Notes under the pieces: generated by a model
Seen by the model: the letters and a program-made list of their open reading frames with translations, nothing else
What the model was told of the DNA's origin: nothing
The model's database searches: none
In this document: piece after piece, positions 56,753 through 64,000 of the stretch
How positions within the stretch are numbered: position 1 is the first letter of the stretch
How the letters are laid out: each line of letters begins with the position of its first letter
Program-made: the position numbers and the translations under genes
Assembly: GCA_030141605.1 (NCBI GenBank)
Contig: JAQGDQ010000609.1
Coordinates: 46,132-110,131 of the forward strand
From: Tubiluchus corallicola
Lineage: Eukaryota > Animalia > Priapulida
Direction: 5' to 3'
Length of the DNA stretch: 64,000 nucleotides

Positions 56753-57721
56753 CTGTTATCAAAGGTGCACAGACGAGTACTATTGCCTGCCCTAGCATAT
56801 TAATTCCGATACCATCTCCAACACGAGACCGACCCAAAATGTCCGCCATGATTGGCAACATGGATACCATCATTGCAGACAACAGCACTCCCATAAAAAT
56901 CACAAGTATAGTCAAAAATATCACAGTCCTAGCCACGCCCATGAGAAGCAGATTAACTCCTGCTAGGACTAAGAGGAGAGATAACCCACACTGACGTACT
57001 GCAGGCCTGCGGAATGGTCCAAGGTCCCAGAAGACCCCCCAGAAGAACTTGGTAGCCAGTTCACTCAAACTCAGTAACGATAATAAAGCAGCCTCACTAA
57101 CCACGTCTTCCCCCAGTTCTTTTACCTTTAATGGTAGAAGAATGAAGACATTTATGTTGGCCAGAACATCAGCAATTCTACCAAGTGAAAACATGACATA
57201 GTAGGGATCCCGCAATAAATACCAATGATGCAGTCTGCGAGCTGGTTTAACCTGGTTGCCTTTGGCTCTGTTGGCGTTATCATTTGCAGCCATTTTATTC
57301 AGGTAGTCTTTGTTCACGTTGGCCTCGTGATCCTGGTGATTCACTTCAAAACTGGCGCTTTTACTGCCATCAGTTTTTGTGTGAACTCCATCAGTTTTTG
57401 TGTGAACTCCATTAGTCTTTGAGTAAACCTCATCAGTTTTTGAGTCAACTCTATTAGTTTTTGAGTCACCTTCACATTTTCTTTGACTAGGAGGCCGCAT
57501 CAAGCAACCAGCTACCACAACATTGAATGTTATACCACCGCACACGAGGAAGACGGATTGGAGATTGAATTCTAGAAGCAGGAATTGGAGGATCCAGGGG
57601 AAACAGAAACTGCCGAAGCCATTTCCGAAAGTTACGAGTGATCCGACGAGCGCCAGTCGAGTTTTAAAAAACAAAGCGTACATCGTCATGGCGGGGTTCA
57701 TCACTAGTCCTACCCCAATTC
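56753..57721 (-). CDS. SLC16/MCT-like transporter, coding exon 3
   Basis: Acceptor CTTCCAG, donor GTGAGC; 969 bp, phase 1-1; FFKTRLAL and GCLMRP motifs, TM4-TM11. Confidence 0.92.
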
Positions 57722-57824
57722 CTGGAAGAGTGAAAATTGAGGTAACTGGCAAACGATAATTGGTGAGTTAGTTGATAATGTTTTTCACGACAGTTTGTTT
57801 AATTATTTCATTGCACTCATGCAG

Positions 57825-58620
<796 letters not shown>

Positions 58621-58818
58621 CAGAGTAGAGTATGAAAGTAAAGTATGAATTCTATACTAAATGTAACTTTGAGTTTCAATTGTAAATTAATTGTGCAGCC
58701 AGGGTTTATCAGTTGATCGATATTTAGTTGGTCAGTCCATCAGTCGGTCAGTCCATTAGTCAGTTGGAAAACATACACATCAACAAACTATGCCAAATAT
58801 AAGAAACCACATTCTTAC

Positions 58819-58980
58819 CAAATATAAGTCCATAGGTAAGAAACAGAATACCAACCGAGGAAGCAAAATAGCAAAGTGTCATTCCGATTCCAGCCGCCAG
58901 GCCACCAGCAATGACCACGCCTCTGTGTCCATATTTGTTCACTAAGATACATGTGATAGGTGCTGCAAAGTGCAATATAC
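58819..58980 (-). CDS. SLC16/MCT-like transporter, coding exon 2
   Basis: Acceptor TGTTCAG, donor GTAAGA; 162 bp, phase 1-1; APITCILVNKYGHRGVVIAGG resembles the MCT loop 2-3 motif. Confidence 0.92.
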
Positions 58981-59070
58981 CTGAACAAATCACTGGAGTA
59001 CAACATTTGCAGATTTTACAGTGGATTTTCAACAATCAACGAACAGCGGCAACAAACATTCTCCCTTAAA

Positions 59071-59300
59071 GTGGCGTCTACCTAGGATGCGCACGCGGAT
59101 GCAGAAGCGTAATGCGGATGCGTACGCGTTATGCGGATGCGGAATAGAAAAAAATCGGTTTATACTGCTTTCAATGAGCCAGTTTATCAGACATGCGATA
59201 TGCGTTATTTTTTTCTCCAGCTATTTTCTGTTGTTTTTTATACGCAGCTATTCCGCATGTGGATAACGCATACACATGCCGGATGCCAGGTAAACGCCAC
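59071..59300. mobile_element. MITE (possibly PIF/Harbinger-like) in transporter intron 1
   Basis: TIRs GTGGCGTCTACCTAGGATGC / GGATGCCAGGTAAACGCCAC; flanks are TAA/TTA-like. Confidence 0.7.
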
Positions 59301-59377
59301 ATTACTCGTATTTATAGCAAATTAAAGGAAATAAAGTTGATGTGCTGATGTTATTGCTATCTTATGACACTCGCTAA

Positions 59378-59720
59378 TATTGTTGCTCTTGTGTTGTTGT
59401 TGTTGTTGTTGTTATTGTTGCTGTTGCTGTTGCAGTTGCTGTCGCTGTCGCTGTCGCTGTCGTTGTCATTGTTGTCGTTGTTGTTGTTGTTGCTGTTGTT
59501 GTTGTCGTTGCTGTTGCTGTTACTATTGATATTGCTCCTGTTGTTGTTGCAGTCGTTGTTGTTGTTGTCATTGTTGTTGCTGTTGTTACTGCTGCTGCTG
59601 CTGTTGTTTTTGATGTTTCTTTTACTCTTGCTTTTACTGTTGTTGTTGCAGCTGTTGGTGTTGCTCTTGATGTTGCTCTTGGTGGTGATTCTGATGGTGG
59701 TGATGCTGATGGTGGTGTAG
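59378..59720. repeat. (TTG/CTG)n low-complexity run
   Basis: Directly visible. Confidence 0.92.
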
Positions 59721-59801
59721 GTGTAAGTGTCAGTGACTCTTACAGTTGCCCTTCTTGTCCTTGCTGTTCATAACAACACGTGTTTACAGTTTTAAACTTA
59801 C

Positions 59802-59997
59802 CAAAACCGAAACTGAGTCCCTGAGCGAGGCCAGCAACAAACCCAGTCAGAGTAGCTGAGCTGCCGAACAAGTCCATGATTTCAATCATCAGAATCCCGT
59901 ACGACTTGATTTGACCAGAAACCAGAAACTGTATTGTGAAGCCAGCAAATGCAATCACCCAACCCCATCCTCCCTCTGATCGTTTAGAAGCGTCCAT
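59802..59997 (-). CDS. SLC16/MCT-like transporter, coding exon 1
   Basis: ATG at 59995-97; SEGGWGWV is the SLC16 TM1 signature; donor GTAAGT; 196 bp. The four exons total 1569 bp (522 aa plus stop) with consistent phases. Confidence 0.92.
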
Positions 59998-60629
59998 CCT
60001 AGTGACCCAAAAAGTGTAAAAACTATAAAAAATGTATGAGTTACATAATGGCAATGATACAGAAAGTGCAAGAGATGCAAATATTGTAAGAGAAGGCTGT
60101 AAAAGAGCTTGGTCCGTCGTTACAGATGAAACTAACTTTCCCAGGGACAAGAGACTAACTTATAAACGGATTGGGCCATTCTAGAAAAGAGGGGTGGCAA
60201 TTAAGTGTTGTGACAACTCGTTGGGTATGATACAACGGCTTCAATAACAGTAATCGATAAACAATAAAAACATGAAAAATGCTCAAAAATATGCACAATA
60301 TTGGCACAATGCCAAAAAATTTTGATTTGTCAATCCAAAGTGTAATTATAGATAATAGGGCCTAGACTGTCAGATTTTCTTTACATTCTGTTTGTTGTTT
60401 ACTCTTTTACATAAAAATTTCTGATCACCCATATCTAATCACTTGGGTATGCGTGTGATGTAACCCTGCTGGCGCCGTCTTCGACTTGCCTTAAATCAAT
60501 GCTCTGTATATGCATCTAGTATGCTGACCAGCATGCCATGATTCTTAACTCCAGTAAAACAAAGTAAGCAAAGTGGATTTTATTTCCTAACATACAGAAC
60601 TCAATTAACTTAGCTAGAATTATAGCTAA

Positions 60630-61100
60630 TGGTACAGTGTTAAATTGGACTGACGAAGTGGGTCATCTGGGTCACAAACTAACAACGAACCTTAATGAAG
60701 TTAGTGATGTTGTAAAATGTAAAAAAAGATTTTATTTCGTCTGTTAATGCTATTTTGTGTTCCTTTAAGTCAGTGACAGATAAACAAGTAATGCTTAGAT
60801 TGTTTTATGTTTACTGCTGCTCCGTCTATGGATGTTCAAATAACAATTTATCAAAGAACTGAATGTCGACGTTATTCACTGTATCTAGAAAATCATTGAG
60901 ACGAATCTTAAACTTGCCTAGAAATTCTCATTCAAACATGACATTGTGAATTGCTGATACATATCCTCTAGATATACTCTTCCATAAGCGAATTTGAAAA
61001 TCTATTGTAACATAAATTTATCTGTTAATCCAGTTCTTTGCTCATTGGCTGTGTTAAATCACCATACTAGTATAAGTATTCTAGGTAGAAACCGTATTAG
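60630..61100 (+). mobile_element. Degraded LINE ORF2 fragment
   Basis: Manual translation LNWTDEVGHLGHKL...FISSVNAILCSF...LRLFYVYCCSVYGC resembles a LINE thumb/post-RT region; contains stops and frameshifts. Confidence 0.6.
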
Positions 61101-62643
61101 AGCACACGTGAACCACCATACTTACGCTTATAGACCCTTAACGACATTATAGCGTACATTCTGTTCTGAACTTTGCATAATGAATATGTAATTGAAGGTT
61201 TCACAGTTAATGATATTAATGAAATGTTGTATTCGCTACTAACAACATAATGTATATGCCAATGTCAATGACCCTGTTATATATTACATGTAATCCAGTC
61301 ATTATGTGTGAATGAAGATGGTATATATAATTGATATGCTTGCAGGCAAATGTTTACAACATTAGCAATCTAATTTTACACTTTGTCACTACTTTTACTA
61401 AGCAAAATTACGTGAACTTACCTTATATAGGCCCAATTACACCAATTATTGTGATTGTCTCAGATTAAGAAATTTCGCTTAACAAAACAGCGCTCTTGAG
61501 AAATTTTTGAGTGTTGCAGTTTTGCTAAAAACATGATGCATCATTAAATTTTACACATGCGCACAGGTATACGTTAAGTTTTTGTGGCAAAGATGTGACC
61601 ACAATCAAAGATTCTTTTTCAAATTTGTACCAAATAACCTTTATTGTACATCACATGTGTAAAATAGACCAAAAAGCGAAGGTGAAGATTCTGTATTGCT
61701 TCACATTTACGTACGCCTCCTTCACATTCTTAGCATTCAATAGTTGCATTAATAAATACGTACATTTCAATCTATTCGTCAGAACGTATTTACACAACCG
61801 GCGCATTATTTGTGCACTGGTAGATAATTACTGTGATATAGTTTTAGCTGTGTTTATGCTGTCATTTAAGTACAGTCATTATTGTCCAACATGATACACT
61901 TATATCTGTTTAGTTAAGATGCGACCAATAATGTTACAAGCAAGCAATGGCGGCTCGCAATTAAAATTACTGGAGGGGGTGCTGCTTCAGAAATTTTTTA
62001 GCCATTGTTTTAATACTGTGTAAAACGTAACGAATATATGTAATTTTAATGTTGTAATTTGTAATTGTAATTTTAAACAAACAAACATACGAAAATTGAT
62101 TCATTAACTTGACAAACTCCTAAACAAAAAATATTGTTTGCTGACGAATGTCCTAAATTGTCGCAGTTCAAGAAATATACGGTTGCACGGCTTTCGATCA
62201 CGTGACAACTGACAACACACACTGTGTGAGCAACATTACTCTTTCTACCAGCGGTCGCGGCTTGTGTTTAGGTACTGTAGAACTGCAGCACCATCCATTT
62301 TCACTAAATATTATCGATAATATTTAATATATGGAGTATTTTTTCTTTAGTTCTTTTTTTATACTTGTACGGAACCAGAGCACGTGAGGGTAGTACTGTT
62401 TGCTTCACAGCCCAGCACAGTACGCTCCAGCAATGCGGTGTTTGGCTGTTGTGCGCATGCGATAAGACCCTGAAAACCTATTTTATAGTAAAGGAAAGCT
62501 GTTTAAAAAAGTGATTTAAGATCAAATTTATAAAGATTAAATCCTTGACGATGCAAGATTAAATTACCATCTTGGCTAGGAGCCCGGCTAGGTGTGGCAT
62601 ATCACGTGATGATCAGTTGAGTCAGAAGTATTTTGGAACCACG

Positions 62644-63174
62644 AGGTATTTTGGAACAGCACGCCTCTTAGATGCGTGAGAAATTTTGGACAAGGGTCGT
62701 TAAAATTATATATTATTATTACCATGGTATAATTATTAATATTTATTTTTAAAAACTATGTACAGAATACATTCCCTCTATTTATAGGGATATGTTTAAA
62801 ATTTCTAAAAGCATTTACAACGTATTAAACCTATTCACATATATATATATAATTTAGAATCCAACGCATGAGACACATTGAACGACAACGATCATATACA
62901 GTAGACATAGTTAGAAATTATAATCTAACACTGCATACATACATAATAAAAGATAACGAACATATTTTAATACTTATTAACAAAAATTTACACACATTAT
63001 ACACAATGAAAAACAGCGAGTACAGTTATAATAAACATAATTACCAATTCTAATGTAAATTCACATAATCATAAATAAAAACAAAACAGCATATAGAAAA
63101 CACGACGAGAGTTGTAAAATTTCATCACCTAAAGACTGTTTATATAGGGGCGAAAGACGTTGGGAATTCATCCG
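62644..63174 (-). mobile_element. Interspersed repeat R2, copy 2
   Basis: Reverse complement of 38527-39101. Confidence 0.88.
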
Positions 63175-63714
63175 ATTACTGTAATACACGTAGAAATCAC
63201 AGCAGCCACAGAATTCCTGACGAGATGCAATGAAATCGGTCACGTTCTGCAGAAGGGTTAACGTGCCTGGAGTGAAAGGGTTACTGCACAGAGATATGAA
63301 AACATTATCATTTTAATTCTTTAAATCACCAGAGATTTGAGGCGTTTTTGCTACTGTACAAACCTATCATATTTTGTTGTTGCATGTCTGGCTGAGTGTC
63401 AAAGAGACAAAAATGAGGACTAAAGGCGCGTGTACGCTATCGCCGTGTTCACACGGTTGCGGCAATGATCAAGACAACGACTTAGATCTGGCGGTGCGGA
63501 CAGGCGCTGAAATGTTCACACTCGTGAATGTACAATGTGCTAAAGAGCCTCTTTGCTACACATCATAATACTCTGGGGACTTGGCAACTGCGCATGCGCA
63601 TGAGACTTTGGTTATGTCTAGGCCTTAATTCGTGAAATATTCGTAAAATTCCTCTTGAAATTCTGTGTCACTTACACGATGAATTATTGCATACAGAGGT
63701 AGCATCAACAGTAA

Positions 63715-63950
63715 CACCATATAAAATTTGTAAATTTAACCTTCCATTTATTTTAAAATGGCCGCAGTCATTTTACAGGTCAGTCATTGAGTAAGAAATC
63801 GTAACAAGATTAGATAACACTGCGTAAAATTAAAAAATAATTAGCGTATTCGTAGTGTATTAATTACTGCACCTTTTTAATAAGGTTAATGTTTTTTTTT
63901 TGGTGAGTCAGTTGGAGGAACAGTGAGGTATTACCAATAAGCCTTTCCAC
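63715..63950 (+). mobile_element. Repeat family R1, short diverged fragment
   Basis: TGTAAATTTAA...TAGATAACA.TGC.TAAA.TTAAAAAATAAT.AG...ATTCGTAG colinear with the 12550-12730 and 42130-42350 copies. Confidence 0.55.
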
Positions 63951-64000
63951 AGTTTCGTTGTGCGCATGTGCAGTTGGTGAAGGTCAAAGGTTAAGGGTAT

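Noticed and set aside
63250-63283. piggyBac-like right ends (AAGGGTTAA, AAAGGGTTAC) pairing with the left end at 10074
   Set aside because: The match is too short and the subterminal sequence does not mirror the left end.

Overview
Eukaryotic, AT-rich, microsatellite-dense animal DNA, probably from an invertebrate bilaterian (inferred from gene families and transposon types). There are no operons, rRNA, true tRNA genes or CRISPR arrays. Genes: (1) a cluster of intronless DCDC2-like tandem doublecortin-domain genes at 1-8240, in which one gene (B, 6540-8240, minus) is present again as a near-identical inverted copy (B', running off the window start to 1028, plus); the two arms enclose a diverged paralog (A, 3519 onward, plus) whose ORF has no stop of its own and runs into the (GTA)n microsatellite at the inner edge of the right arm; (2) a single-ORF gene with an N-terminal PTB-like domain and a long Pro/Ser/Arg-rich tail (32810-35455), whose stop-codon region is tandemly duplicated; (3) a four-coding-exon SLC16/monocarboxylate-transporter-like gene on the minus strand (55443-59997). 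The rest is 5'-truncated LINE ends (RTE-like, I-group-like, CR1/L2-like), one tRNA-derived SINE head, non-autonomous DNA transposons (Kolobok-like, hAT-like, piggyBac-like), minisatellites and microsatellites. Most long ORFs in the supplied track are microsatellite artefacts. The best candidate for something undescribed is the inverted-duplication DCDC2 cluster, but an assembly artefact is not excluded. All similarities were judged by eye; no searches were run.
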